The notes under the pieces are model-generated. The model saw only the letters and a list, made by a program, of their open reading frames with translations. It did no database searches and had not been told where the DNA came from. This document shows, piece by piece, positions 50,117-59,985 of a stretch of DNA of 64,000 nucleotides (position 1 is the stretch's first letter; every line of letters begins with the position of its first letter). Position numbers and translations under genes: made by a program. The stretch comes from an uncultured Chlamydiae bacterium (GTDB lineage Bacteria; Chlamydiota; Chlamydiia; Chlamydiales; SM23-39): contig CAVSSM010000007.1 of NCBI GenBank assembly GCA_963730605.1, forward strand, positions 32,001 through 96,000, written 5' to 3'.

Positions 50117-50998
50117 ATGCACAAAAAATTTCTCCTTCTACTCTTGTTATCGATGAGCGTTATTTGCTCAGCAAAAGAAGAAGTAGAAGGCCAAGAAACT
50201 ATTCCCATCGGCAATTTCTCGGTTCCCGCAGTAACTGAGATTGCTCCGCTTATCAGTTTTGGACAGCTTCTCGTTGGGGAAAATGCCCTTTTGGCTCAAG
50301 TTTCGGGATTTTACAGTCAAAAAAGTCACGGCCATTTGAACGGGATTGCGCCCAATGTGACCTATGGCATCCGGGATGACATGGCGCTGGTTTTCACTCT
50401 GCCGATCACGTTTCGAAACAAGGAAGGACCTTCCCATTCATCGGGGATAGGAGATGCTCTGCTCCAATATGAATATGCCTTTTATAACCGGACAAGAAAG
50501 GAGTACACGTTGCAGGCAACCGTTGTTGCAAATGTGCAGTTTCCAACAGGCTCGATAAGAAAAAATCCCCCTACCGGGAACGGATGGTTCAGTTATTTTT
50601 TAGGAACTACTTTTGCATTTATGTCGGCCGATTGGTTCGCCTTCGTGTCGCCTGGCGCGAATTTTCCAACGGCCCATCATGGAACGAAAGTGGGCAACTC
50701 TTATCTCTATCAGTGGGGTTTTGCCCGCTATATCAAAGCGCTCAGCCCTCCCGGCTGCATCTTTGATTTGATGATTGAATTCGATGGAACCTATTCTCGA
50801 AAGGATCGGAGCTCAGCAAAGGAGAACCCCGATTCGGGAGGCAACGTCCTTTTGGCAACGCCCAGCTTTTGGCTCGCCTCCACAAGCTGGCTGATCCAGT
50901 CGGGGGTAAGTTTCCCCATTTTTCAGAACTTGAATGGGGATCAAGACAAAATAGAATATGAAATTAGCTATGTGGCCGGGTTAGCCTTTCAGTTTTAG
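50117..50998 (+). CDS. Exported beta-barrel outer-membrane protein (transporter-like)
   Basis: Signal peptide, SGIGD, FPTG, C-terminal Phe. Confidence 0.65.
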   Translation: MHKKFLLLLLLSMSVICSAKEEVEGQETIPIGNFSVPAVTEIAPLISFGQLLVGENALLAQVSGFYSQKSHGHLNGIAPNVTYGIRDDMALVFTLPITFRNKEGPSHSSGIGDALLQYEYAFYNRTRKEYTLQATVVANVQFPTGSIRKNPPTGNGWFSYFLGTTFAFMSADWFAFVSPGANFPTAHHGTKVGNSYLYQWGFARYIKALSPPGCIFDLMIEFDGTYSRKDRSSAKENPDSGGNVLLATPSFWLASTSWLIQSGVSFPIFQNLNGDQDKIEYEISYVAGLAFQF

Positions 50999-51241
50999 TT
51001 CGATTTCCTTTAGCGACATCCCCCTGATCTCGATGCGCTTGAGCCGAGATGTCTGGCCCGAAACAAGACGGATGTGGGATTTTGGAACTTCGAAGCTCTC
51101 TGAAAGAAAGGAAATGAGCTCTTCGTTGGCTTCTCCTTTCTCTGGCACGGCATGGAGGCGGATGCGAAGGACATCCCCCTGCCATCCCTCGAATGCATTT
51201 TTCGAGGAGCGAGGAGTGATTTTCACCTGGATGATGGTCAT
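50981..51241 (-). CDS. DUF167/YggU-family protein
   Basis: VKITPRS, P..GEAN.ELI, G.TSR.K. Confidence 0.88.
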   Translation of the reverse strand: MTIIQVKITPRSSKNAFEGWQGDVLRIRLHAVPEKGEANEELISFLSESFEVPKSHIRLVSGQTSRLKRIEIRGMSLKEIELKLKG

Positions 51242-51286
51242 GGGAAGTTCTGTATACCCTCTTTCAAAGAAACTCTCAAGGCTGTA

Positions 51287-51581
51287 TACACAAGTGACTT
51301 CAAAAGGTGGGAATATGCCGAGGCTGCGGACACTTGAAAAAGCTCGGGGGTTCGAGCTTTTTCAAGGGAAGCAGCCCTGAATTTGAGCCAGGTTTTGCCG
51401 ACGCCGGGTCCGGGGTCCCTAAAAACGCATCGTTTTTGGGGTGGGCCGTTGCAGCTCAACTTGAAAAAGTTGAGCGCCGGGGTCCCCGAAGACGCATCGT
51501 CTTTGGGGTGGGGTGCAGGCGGGCTCAAAGGCAGTGGCTGCCCGACGAAGGCAGAAACCAACTTTTGAAGTTGTTTGTGTA
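51287..51581. mobile_element. IS630-type MITE (copy C)
   Basis: TIR TACACAA...ACTTCAAAAG, TA duplication, core shared with copies A and B. Confidence 0.85.
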
Positions 51582-51597
51582 TAATTTGAGATAATCA

Positions 51598-53328
51598 ATG
51601 AGAATCCAACACAGGCCCTCCTTTTTTGGATACAGGCTGCATGCAAGGCCAAGGGCAAAAATCCCGCGTTATTTAGCGGATCTCTTTTTGCTCATTTTAG
51701 GCTTAAGTCTTGCTTTCGGATTGAGTCTTTATGCGAGGCAATTCTTCGGGCCGTATCAAGAGAAAATAGAGATAAACCTCTCTCCATGGCATTTGCCTAA
51801 ATATACATTTTTCTCCATGTCCCGAGGGCTGACAGCCTACTTTTGCTCTTTGATTTTCGGACTTCTTTTGGGGTTCTGGGCAGCTAAAGACCGGATGGCT
51901 GAAAAAATCCTCATCCCTCTCTTAGACATCTTGCAGAGCATCCCGTTCTTAGGCTTTTTGCCCGGCATCGTCCTTCTCTTCGTGAATCTCTTTCACAAAA
52001 CCAACATGGGATTGGAAATGGCCGCCATCCTCCTCATTTTTACGGCCCAAGTTTGGAATATGGCCTTCGGGGTCTATCATGCAATCCGAACCATCCCTGA
52101 GGATAAAGTCGAGTGCGCTGCCGCCTATAATATCAGCGGATGGCAAAAATTTCATTGGATCGAGCTACCAGCCACGACCATAAGTTTGGTTTGGAACAGC
52201 ATCGTGAGCATGGCTGCCGGTTGGTTTTTACTTATGGTCAACGAAGCTTTTCAGCTTGGGGCTAGAAGTTTTCGATTGCCTGGGCTCGGCTCCTACATGA
52301 GCGTCGCAGCGGCGGAGGGGAATGCGGGGGCGATGATTTGGGCTATTTTGGCGATGATCGCGCTCATCGTCTTTTTGGATCAGATTTTATGGCGGCCGCT
52401 GGTGGTCTGGTCGCAGAAATTCCGCCTCGAAGAGACGGGTCCGTCTGTCGTAACGGAAACATGGTTTTTGAATGTATTGAAAAATTCCTATTTCCTTTTA
52501 GCCATTCGTAGACTGTTTCACATTTCAAGCAGATTTCTTCAAAATTTAATGAAGAATCGCAAACCCTCTAGAGGGTTTGCTCTTAAGCTCATCAGCCGCA
52601 TTTTATTGATCGCTCTTTTGGGGTTATTGATCACTGCAATAGCTTTTGTGATGCGCATGGTCAAAGGCGTCTCCTTTGGAGAGTGGCTTTATCTTGGAGA
52701 ACTCTTCCTATTGACTCTAGGAAGAGTCATCATCTGCTTAAGCCTTGGCGTTTTGATCGCTTTGCCTCTCGGACTCTTGGTGGGGCTCTCAGAAAAATGG
52801 TCGCGTCTATTAGAGCCGTTTATACAAGTCGGGGCTTCATTTCCCGCAACTCTCCTTTTTCCGATCGTGATCCTCTTTTTTGAAGCGGCTGGCTTTCCCT
52901 TAGGAATCGGGAGCGTATTTCTCATGTTGATGGGGAGCTTTTGGTATATTTTTTTAAATGTGATCGCCGGGGCAAGGGCAATGCCATCTGATTTGAGAGA
53001 AGTGGCGGAGAATTTTACCTTTAATCGAAGGCAGCGTTTCTTCTTTCTCAATTTGCCTGCGGTATTTCCTTACTTGGTGACGGGTCTTGTCACTGCGTCC
53101 GGAGGGGCCTGGAATGCGAGCATTGTTTCTGAATATGTGAGTTATAAAAATCAGATTTTAACGACCCCCGGCATAGGCTCATCGATTAGCTTGGCAGCCC
53201 AAAATAACAATATGCCCCTTTTAGCTGCCAGCATTGTTGTTTTGGTCGTTGTAGTCGTCATTATTAATTTGGCCGTGTGGCTAAGGCTTTACCATTATTC
53301 TGAAAAACGGTTTGCAATCAATGCCTGA
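51598..53328 (+). CDS. ABC transporter permease (NitT/TauT family, duplicated domain)
   Basis: Many TM helices; LDILQSIP; LPGLGSY. Confidence 0.88.
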   Translation: MRIQHRPSFFGYRLHARPRAKIPRYLADLFLLILGLSLAFGLSLYARQFFGPYQEKIEINLSPWHLPKYTFFSMSRGLTAYFCSLIFGLLLGFWAAKDRMAEKILIPLLDILQSIPFLGFLPGIVLLFVNLFHKTNMGLEMAAILLIFTAQVWNMAFGVYHAIRTIPEDKVECAAAYNISGWQKFHWIELPATTISLVWNSIVSMAAGWFLLMVNEAFQLGARSFRLPGLGSYMSVAAAEGNAGAMIWAILAMIALIVFLDQILWRPLVVWSQKFRLEETGPSVVTETWFLNVLKNSYFLLAIRRLFHISSRFLQNLMKNRKPSRGFALKLISRILLIALLGLLITAIAFVMRMVKGVSFGEWLYLGELFLLTLGRVIICLSLGVLIALPLGLLVGLSEKWSRLLEPFIQVGASFPATLLFPIVILFFEAAGFPLGIGSVFLMLMGSFWYIFLNVIAGARAMPSDLREVAENFTFNRRQRFFFLNLPAVFPYLVTGLVTASGGAWNASIVSEYVSYKNQILTTPGIGSSISLAAQNNNMPLLAASIVVLVVVVVIINLAVWLRLYHYSEKRFAINA

Positions 53329-54154
53329 GGAACCCCTCTTCGAAGTGAAAGAGATTTGGAAAGAATTTCCGCTCACCTTGGGACATGCCCTTTCCGTTTT
53401 GGAGAAAATCAGCTTTGCTTTGTATCCGAATGAAGTCCTCGCCATTATCGGCCCTTCGGGATGCGGTAAATCGACCCTCTTGAGGATCATCGCAGGGCTA
53501 ATCCCCGCCACAAAAGGGGAAATTTTCTACCGAGGGAAAAAGTGCGAGGGGCTCATGCCCGGAAATTCGATGATCTTTCAAAATTTTGCCCTCTATCCTT
53601 GGATGACGGTCCGGGAAAATATCGAGATCGCATTGAAAGCCAAACATGTCACTGCGGAGGAAATGGAGAAGAAGACAAAAGATGTTATTTCTCTCATTGG
53701 CCTCCATGGTTTTGAAGAGGCGTATCCAAGGGAAATCTCAGGGGGGATGAAGCAAAGGGTAGGCATCGCCAGGGCGCTCGTCAGGGACCCAGAAATGCTC
53801 TTCATGGATGAGGCTTACAGCAATCTGGATGCTTTTACAGCAGAAGGCTTAAGGTCGGAGGCGATCGAGATCTTGTCTAAAAAAGAATTGGGGCTTCAGT
53901 CCATCCTCATCGTCTCGCACGATATTTATGAAGTGACCTTTATGGCCGACCGGATCATCTTCTTAAGCACGAACCCAGCAAAAATCCATACGATCTTGGA
54001 AAACAAAATCCCAAGGCCCAGAGATTACAGCTCCGCCGATTTTCTAAACATGGTGAAAAAGTTGCATGATATTTACAGGGAAGTGGAATCGGCCCATCCA
54101 AAGCCAAAGATTGCAACTATACACAAGCCAAAGATTGCAACTATACACAAATGA
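53321..54154 (+). CDS. ABC transporter ATP-binding protein (NitT/TauT family)
   Basis: GPSGCGKST, ISGGMKQR, LFMDE, SHD. Confidence 0.92.
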   Translation: MPEEPLFEVKEIWKEFPLTLGHALSVLEKISFALYPNEVLAIIGPSGCGKSTLLRIIAGLIPATKGEIFYRGKKCEGLMPGNSMIFQNFALYPWMTVRENIEIALKAKHVTAEEMEKKTKDVISLIGLHGFEEAYPREISGGMKQRVGIARALVRDPEMLFMDEAYSNLDAFTAEGLRSEAIEILSKKELGLQSILIVSHDIYEVTFMADRIIFLSTNPAKIHTILENKIPRPRDYSSADFLNMVKKLHDIYREVESAHPKPKIATIHKPKIATIHK

Positions 54155-54158
54155 CACC

Positions 54159-56642
54159 TTAGTTAAGGGCATCCATGATTTCGAAACATTCGGCAAAGAT
54201 GTCCACTTGAGAGGGATCGAGGCCAAGCGTTAACCGAATCGTTGAGCGGTCTTTCCCATAGAGGATACTGATGTTAGGATGGTAAAATCCCAAACTCGGA
54301 CGGTAAAAGAGAGGGTGTTTTGCCTCCATGCATTTGATGGTCAGCAGCCCTCCAATTAAGGACGCTTTCAACTTATGGGCGGGCCCGAAGACTTTAATGT
54401 CGATAAAGCTGGGATCGGCTTCTTTTTCTATAGGAATAATCCGGTAATTGACGTTTTTGTTCTCAAAGAGCCTCTCGGGTACTTTGTTTAATAGAGCGCG
54501 CGTATGATCGAACACCTCTTTTCGGTAGAGATTCAATAGGGGGACGGCGTGTTTGTAGGCAAGGCAAAACCAATTGAAGCTCAGCCGGTCGTTTTGTAAC
54601 ATCGGATCGGTCAGGAGAAAGTCGAAAGGCGCCCACTTTGGATCTTCGTTGTGAATCATAAAAAAGGGCGCTCCAGAGTAATTGTCCATGCCAAAGAGAT
54701 CAAATTTGATACCGCTATGGTAACAAATGACGTTAAGAGCACCTTCTTCGATTGCTCCTTGGAACTCGACAAGTAAACTTCCAACCCGGGGCGAATCGAT
54801 ATAATCGAGTGTGCAATCTAAGGCAAGAGTGACGGGCTTCCCTTGCCTTGCATTTAAGGATGTGCGCAAGATGTCCGCAATTCTTTCGACTCGATACATT
54901 GTATTTTCATAATCGATCCTTTTCAAAGCAGGATTGAATTGGGCTAAAATGAGATCGGCTTCTTTCCAATCCTCAAAGCTTGCAAGCGCTATGGCGTTGC
55001 CCTCGCAGGAGAGCTCGAAGGCTCTGATATTTTCAAAGTAGGTGTTTTCTCCATAAAGAACGCGAGGGCGCCTGTCAGACGAATTCTTCACAGCTTTTAT
55101 GATGCCCGATAAGCTTGTCATGCCGGTCGAATGGACGCCGCAAGAGGTGAAGGACTTAAGATGCTCTGGAACCGATGAGAGCTGATCGAGGTAGATGCTC
55201 TGAAATTCCTCGGGGGCAAAAGGAGAGAAGATTTCAAGAAGCGCGGTCAGGTGGGCATGGATTTGCTCTAGGTGGGACGCCATATCGAAAAAGGAGATCT
55301 CTTCTCCCTTTTGATCTAAGAATGCAAGCTCCTCATGGATTTGGAAAAGAGAGAGGTGAACAATGGAAGAGCGGGTTGCACACTTCAGAGTAGCATTCCA
55401 CTCATCGATGCTCAAGAGAGAAAAGAGCCCCTTGAGCGTTTGCAGCGTCCCTTTGAACATGAGAGTCTTTTGGTAGCTGCTCGATTGCCACTTTCGATCA
55501 AAAAAATAGAGCTGCGAAACAAACTTTTCCCTGTCCAGGCCAGGGAGGCCGGGGACTTCTGCGGTTGCCCCAATACGTTTTCGAGAAGCGGCGTCAGCGG
55601 GATCGGTCCACCGATCTAGCTCTATCCGATTGGCCGAAATCCCAAACTTAGAAACCCACTCCAAGAGAAATTGATGCAAGGCTTCCGCCTCTTTTGCCGA
55701 TCGTGCGACAAGGGGAAGGATGCGAATCCCTCCCACCTCGCCCTTCCGCATCCTTTGGATGCAAAGGATCTCTTCCGGGTTCAATCCCCGTTCTTTGCAC
55801 TCCCGAGTGAATTGCGATCGATACGCATTCCACATTTGGAGCCATTTTTTGGGTTTTGATGAAGCAGGAAACACTCGCGTGAGATCAGCGACCATTTTTG
55901 AGCCTGGCCTTTGGCCTGCTAATTTAAGAACTGTCGTTTTGATCTCTTCCTTCTCAGGCACTTCCATGCAGGAGGGGAGGTAATCGTGGAGATCGAAAGG
56001 ACGGGTGAGAATCAAAGGGAAGAACCGAGGATGGGGAAGAGACTTTTTCCATTCCTCGACCCTATTTTTGTAGGTCTGCGATAATTTATTCGAAGGGTCT
56101 CTTGCGTAAGTGTTGGTCGTCTCGGGGTGGAGTTGGACGGAAATCCCAAAGCAGGGGCAAAACCATTTGATCATGGACGAGTAGACGCCAGCCGTTTTAG
56201 CAAGCCATCGCTTTTCCAAGAAAAGGAGGAGACGGTCATTTTCTTCCGTTTTAGCAGGAATTTGAGAAAGGAGCGTTTTATTGAGATGCCACGAGTTAAA
56301 AGAGGGATGGACCCCTTTAAAAAAAGACGCTCTGGATTTTTGGGGGATCCCCGAAAAAAAATGCTTTGCAGCGCTTGAGGTCAAATCACTGAAAAGAAGG
56401 CATTCATTTCCTAAGTTTGCTCCGCAAACCTTCCCGCCGAGCTTTGCCATAAGAGACAAAGAGCCGAACATCGTTCCCATGCCAAAATAAAGAGCTTTTT
56501 CAGAGAGTTTGTCGAAAAGGCTTTCCCTATGATCGGCCCCATCAGAGGCAGCCAAAGTCGGGATCCCAGAAACATTCGCGCCATGGAAGTTATATACTAA
56601 ACATAGGGAGAAGAGAGCGCATAGGATCGTTCGTTTCACCAT
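54159..56642 (-). CDS. Hypothetical 827-aa protein with possible signal peptide
   Basis: Long ORF; no confident motif. Confidence 0.7.
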   Translation of the reverse strand: MVKRTILCALFSLCLVYNFHGANVSGIPTLAASDGADHRESLFDKLSEKALYFGMGTMFGSLSLMAKLGGKVCGANLGNECLLFSDLTSSAAKHFFSGIPQKSRASFFKGVHPSFNSWHLNKTLLSQIPAKTEENDRLLLFLEKRWLAKTAGVYSSMIKWFCPCFGISVQLHPETTNTYARDPSNKLSQTYKNRVEEWKKSLPHPRFFPLILTRPFDLHDYLPSCMEVPEKEEIKTTVLKLAGQRPGSKMVADLTRVFPASSKPKKWLQMWNAYRSQFTRECKERGLNPEEILCIQRMRKGEVGGIRILPLVARSAKEAEALHQFLLEWVSKFGISANRIELDRWTDPADAASRKRIGATAEVPGLPGLDREKFVSQLYFFDRKWQSSSYQKTLMFKGTLQTLKGLFSLLSIDEWNATLKCATRSSIVHLSLFQIHEELAFLDQKGEEISFFDMASHLEQIHAHLTALLEIFSPFAPEEFQSIYLDQLSSVPEHLKSFTSCGVHSTGMTSLSGIIKAVKNSSDRRPRVLYGENTYFENIRAFELSCEGNAIALASFEDWKEADLILAQFNPALKRIDYENTMYRVERIADILRTSLNARQGKPVTLALDCTLDYIDSPRVGSLLVEFQGAIEEGALNVICYHSGIKFDLFGMDNYSGAPFFMIHNEDPKWAPFDFLLTDPMLQNDRLSFNWFCLAYKHAVPLLNLYRKEVFDHTRALLNKVPERLFENKNVNYRIIPIEKEADPSFIDIKVFGPAHKLKASLIGGLLTIKCMEAKHPLFYRPSLGFYHPNISILYGKDRSTIRLTLGLDPSQVDIFAECFEIMDALN

Positions 56643-56672
56643 AGGCTTAATTTACTCTATACACGAAACTTT

Positions 56673-57578
56673 TTATTTGACTAGGTTCGGGGGACTCGCC
56701 GCAGGTCGACTGAAAAAGATCGTCCAGATCCCTCCCGCGCAAACGAATGCGATCCCGATCCACGCCAAGAAATTGGGGACCTCTCCATAAAGGGCCCAAT
56801 CGAGGATGACCGAATAAATCACGGACGAGTAGAAGAACGGACCCAGCACTGTGGCTTTTGCGAAATGAAAGGCTCGGAAGTTGCACCACATCATCACCGC
56901 CGTGAGAATCCCGATCGCAAGGATTCCTCCCCAATCCCACAGCGTTGGAGAGACCCATTGGTAGAGGCTCACAGGAAGACAAGCTAGGCCTGTGATCCCG
57001 AAATAATAAAAGATCACCGTATGATTTCTTTCCGTATAGGACAAGAGCCGATTGCCTACGATGTTGATGCTCCCTAAGACTCCGGCAGCCAAAGCGAAAA
57101 GAGCGCCTATATTGACGATCTCTCGGGTCGGCTGCAAAATGAATGCGATTCCGAGGAACCCGCCGATCACCCCCGGCCAAAGCAGATGGTTGATCGGGAT
57201 TTTCTTCCAAACCCAAAATACCAATGGGACATAAAGAGGGCTGGCGTTAGCCAAAAGCAATGTATTGACCAAAGTGGTCTTTTGGACGGCAAGGAAAACG
57301 AGGGTAAACCCGACAATGCCCCCGACAAAGCTCCTAAAAAAAATCAAACCGAACCGCTTTGTCTTAAGCGATTCCAAACCATGGGCATAAAGCCAAGGCA
57401 AAATGAAGATCAAACCGATGAATCCCTGGAACATCAGAATCGTCGAAATGGGGACGTTTTTACTCGTATATCTCGAAATCAAAGATAAAAGGGAAAGTAA
57501 GAGCATCCCGAACAAGATATAGGAGATCCCAAGCCCTAAGTTACGGCGATGGGAGTGGACCTGGCTAACATCTGTCAT
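56673..57578 (-). CDS. DMT/EamA-family transporter
   Basis: About 10 TM helices in a two-fold repeat. Confidence 0.88.
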   Translation of the reverse strand: MTDVSQVHSHRRNLGLGISYILFGMLLLSLLSLISRYTSKNVPISTILMFQGFIGLIFILPWLYAHGLESLKTKRFGLIFFRSFVGGIVGFTLVFLAVQKTTLVNTLLLANASPLYVPLVFWVWKKIPINHLLWPGVIGGFLGIAFILQPTREIVNIGALFALAAGVLGSINIVGNRLLSYTERNHTVIFYYFGITGLACLPVSLYQWVSPTLWDWGGILAIGILTAVMMWCNFRAFHFAKATVLGPFFYSSVIYSVILDWALYGEVPNFLAWIGIAFVCAGGIWTIFFSRPAASPPNLVK

Positions 57579-57682
57579 GAGCTATACATAGAGTTAATTT
57601 TTTTAGTTCGCAAGCCTCTTTACAAATTGAGGCAAAAGCCTTATGTTCTTAGGCTTTAACGTCTCAGACTGAGGAGAAACAG

Positions 57683-58057
57683 ATGGCGATTAAAGGATTG
57701 GATTTAGCTTGGATTGTCGTGAACGATTTGAAAAAGGCGGTCCACTTTTATACCCAGGTCGTGGGCTTGAAGTTGGAAAATTTGGATGAGAAGTATGGTT
57801 GGGCGGAGCTCTCCGGCGCATCTGGGGGCGCGAAGTTAGGAATCGCTTTGGCCAATGACAAGGACAGCATCAAGCCGGGGCATAATGCCGTTGTGACGCT
57901 CACGGTAGAAAACCTGAAGGAGAGTGTGAAAGGCCTCGTCAAAAAAGGAGCTACAGTCATAGGGGAGATCCTGGAAGTGCCCGGGAATGTCAAGCTGCAG
58001 ATGGTCAAAGACCATGACGGGAATCACTTTCAGCTCGTCGAGAAGCTCGAAGCTTGA
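57683..58057 (+). CDS. VOC/glyoxalase-family protein
   Basis: V.DL.KA..FY..V.G; D.DGN.FQL.E. Confidence 0.88.
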   Translation: MAIKGLDLAWIVVNDLKKAVHFYTQVVGLKLENLDEKYGWAELSGASGGAKLGIALANDKDSIKPGHNAVVTLTVENLKESVKGLVKKGATVIGEILEVPGNVKLQMVKDHDGNHFQLVEKLEA

Positions 58058-59046
58058 TTGGTCGCAGTATACTTCCGAAAGACGCCAATGGGTGTCCTTG
58101 GCTCATACTCGCGCCGATGGAGGGAGTGGGAGACCGGGCCTTCCGAAAGGCGATGGCGTCGGTCGGCGGCTTCGACGAGGCTGTGCGGGATTTTTTGCGG
58201 GTGCCTCGCTGTCCTCACCTCAAGAGCCTTGCGCGCGAATACGATGCGGACGAGATCGCTCCCATTCCCTTAGCTGCTCAGATCATGGGATCGGAGCCTG
58301 ATCTCATGGGGGCGATGGCCGTAGAGCTGGCTGAGAGGGGAGCGCCGCGGATCGACGTCAATTGCGGATGTCCTTCCAATACCGTAACCGGCAAGGGGGC
58401 GGGCTCGAGCCTTTTGAAAGAGCCCCGCGCTTTATATGAGATCGCCAAAGCGGTCGTGCGATCGGTCTCTGTCCCTGTCACGATCAAGATGCGCTCGGGA
58501 TATGAAGATACCTCCCTCTTTTATGAAAATCTCGCGGCGGCCCAAGAGAGCGGGGTCCGGTATATCACCCTCCACCCCAGAACGAAAGCGGATGGCTATG
58601 GACCTCCGGCTAGATGGGACCTGATCGCCGCGGCCAAATCCTTTTTGAAGATCCCGCTCGTGGGCAACGGCGATATCCGCTCGGTCGAGGACGCGGTCGC
58701 TATGTTGCAGACGACCCGCTGCGACGCCCTTATGATCGGCCGGGGCAGCATCATGAATCCGTTTCTTTTCCATCAAATCCGCGCCCACTTTTCGAACGTT
58801 GCCTTTCAGCCGAGATGGGAGGACCTCTCCCGTTATTTTGGCGTTTATGGGGCTGAACTCGACACCGCAACCTCTCTCAAACAGCAAGTGGGAAAAATCA
58901 AGCAGCTTATGAGTTTTTTTTGCAAAGGCAACCTACGTCTCATGGAAAGGAGGCAGGAAATTCTGACCTCGGAGAGCCAAGATCCAGAAAGCTTTCTTGC
59001 TACATTAGAGCCGCTTCTAAAAGAACATTGGGGCGGCGGCTTATAA
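58054..59046 (+). CDS. dus: tRNA-dihydrouridine synthase family protein
   Basis: LAPMEG, IDVNCGCP, GAGSSLL, H.RT, GNGDI, MIGRG. Confidence 0.92.
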   Translation: MIGRSILPKDANGCPWLILAPMEGVGDRAFRKAMASVGGFDEAVRDFLRVPRCPHLKSLAREYDADEIAPIPLAAQIMGSEPDLMGAMAVELAERGAPRIDVNCGCPSNTVTGKGAGSSLLKEPRALYEIAKAVVRSVSVPVTIKMRSGYEDTSLFYENLAAAQESGVRYITLHPRTKADGYGPPARWDLIAAAKSFLKIPLVGNGDIRSVEDAVAMLQTTRCDALMIGRGSIMNPFLFHQIRAHFSNVAFQPRWEDLSRYFGVYGAELDTATSLKQQVGKIKQLMSFFCKGNLRLMERRQEILTSESQDPESFLATLEPLLKEHWGGGL

Positions 59047-59074
59047 AGTTCCCATCCTTAAAGAGGAAAGATCC
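59015..59074. repeat. Direct repeat of the dus 3' end (second copy at 61575-61634)
   Basis: TTCTAAAAGAACATTGGGGCGGC...CCCATCCTTAAAGAGGAA at both sites. Confidence 0.85.
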
Positions 59075-59167
59075 GTCTGCAGTCTGACCTGGAGAAGACT
59101 CAAAGCCCTCTGCCTGATATTTGGGTTCTTAACTCGCGTTTCTTAGACTTTCGCTTTTGGTTTGCGC

Positions 59168-59446
59168 CTAAAACGAATTAAAGGACGAATCTTTGGCTTT
59201 CGTGAGCTTAGCAGCCATAGGTCTACCGCCATTTGAGCGTTTAGCCAAAAATCGGGGGGTTGTCTTAAAGGCAGCCGCTAGTTTTAAAGCCATTTCAGGA
59301 GTCACGCTTGCCTTTTCATTGACAATTCGATTAATTACCTTGTAGTCACAACCTAAGTGACTAGCAAGATCCTGCTGTGTCAACCCAAGTGGTTTCAAGA
59401 ACTCCTCACTTAAGATTTCTCCTGGCGATGTCGGCTTTCTTTTCAT
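59168..59446 (-). pseudogene. higA: HigA antitoxin, frameshifted
   Basis: PGEIL.EEFL.PLG...; one extra base in the G6 run at 59254-59259 (removing it restores PDFWLNAQ). Confidence 0.8.
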
Positions 59447-59455
59447 ATCTTCCTC

Positions 59456-59699
59456 TTAATGATAATCCAAAATCCGGACATCATAGGGCTGGCTATCCCA
59501 TTTAAACACAACCCGCCACTGGTTCGGAGGGCACCGAAGATCTTCCAGCGTGCGGGAAACCGGCTAGAGAGCATAATGGAGCATATCGAGCTTTCTCTGC
59601 ACAACCGTCTTAACACTTGCCCATCCCTCTCTACGAGATACTCTTCCGCTTCTAAAAAAAAACTTCAGCATCATCATCTTGAAATGAACGTATGACCAT
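59456..59699 (-). pseudogene. higB: HigB toxin remnant
   Basis: IRSF...RKLDML...LEDLR.PP|NQWRVVFKW...ILDYH, with a stop and an internal deletion. Confidence 0.75.
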
Positions 59700-59720
59700 T
59701 ACGACCGTCAACCCGCTTTA

Positions 59721-59739
59721 TATACCTTGGCAAGGTATA
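59721..59739. promoter_or_regulatory. Putative higBA operator
   Basis: Palindrome TATACCTTG-G-CAAGGTATA upstream of higB. Confidence 0.6.
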
Positions 59740-59985
59740 CTAGCAATGGATATTCTTCAAGAGGAAATTAAAGATGGCATTGTTTTGAGGGCGGGTAAAT
59801 GCTAAAGAATTTATCCTGATATTTTTGCTCAAAACACCGAAAGGGTGCCTGGGATACCAGGGTTAAGGGGGCCTTATCTATCATGTATGTTTCCGAGATA
59901 TTTTTTTATTTACATTAATGCAAAAATTAACCATAATCGTTTCCAATTTTATTAAATCTTTTTTAACGTAAGAGGTAATATCGCT

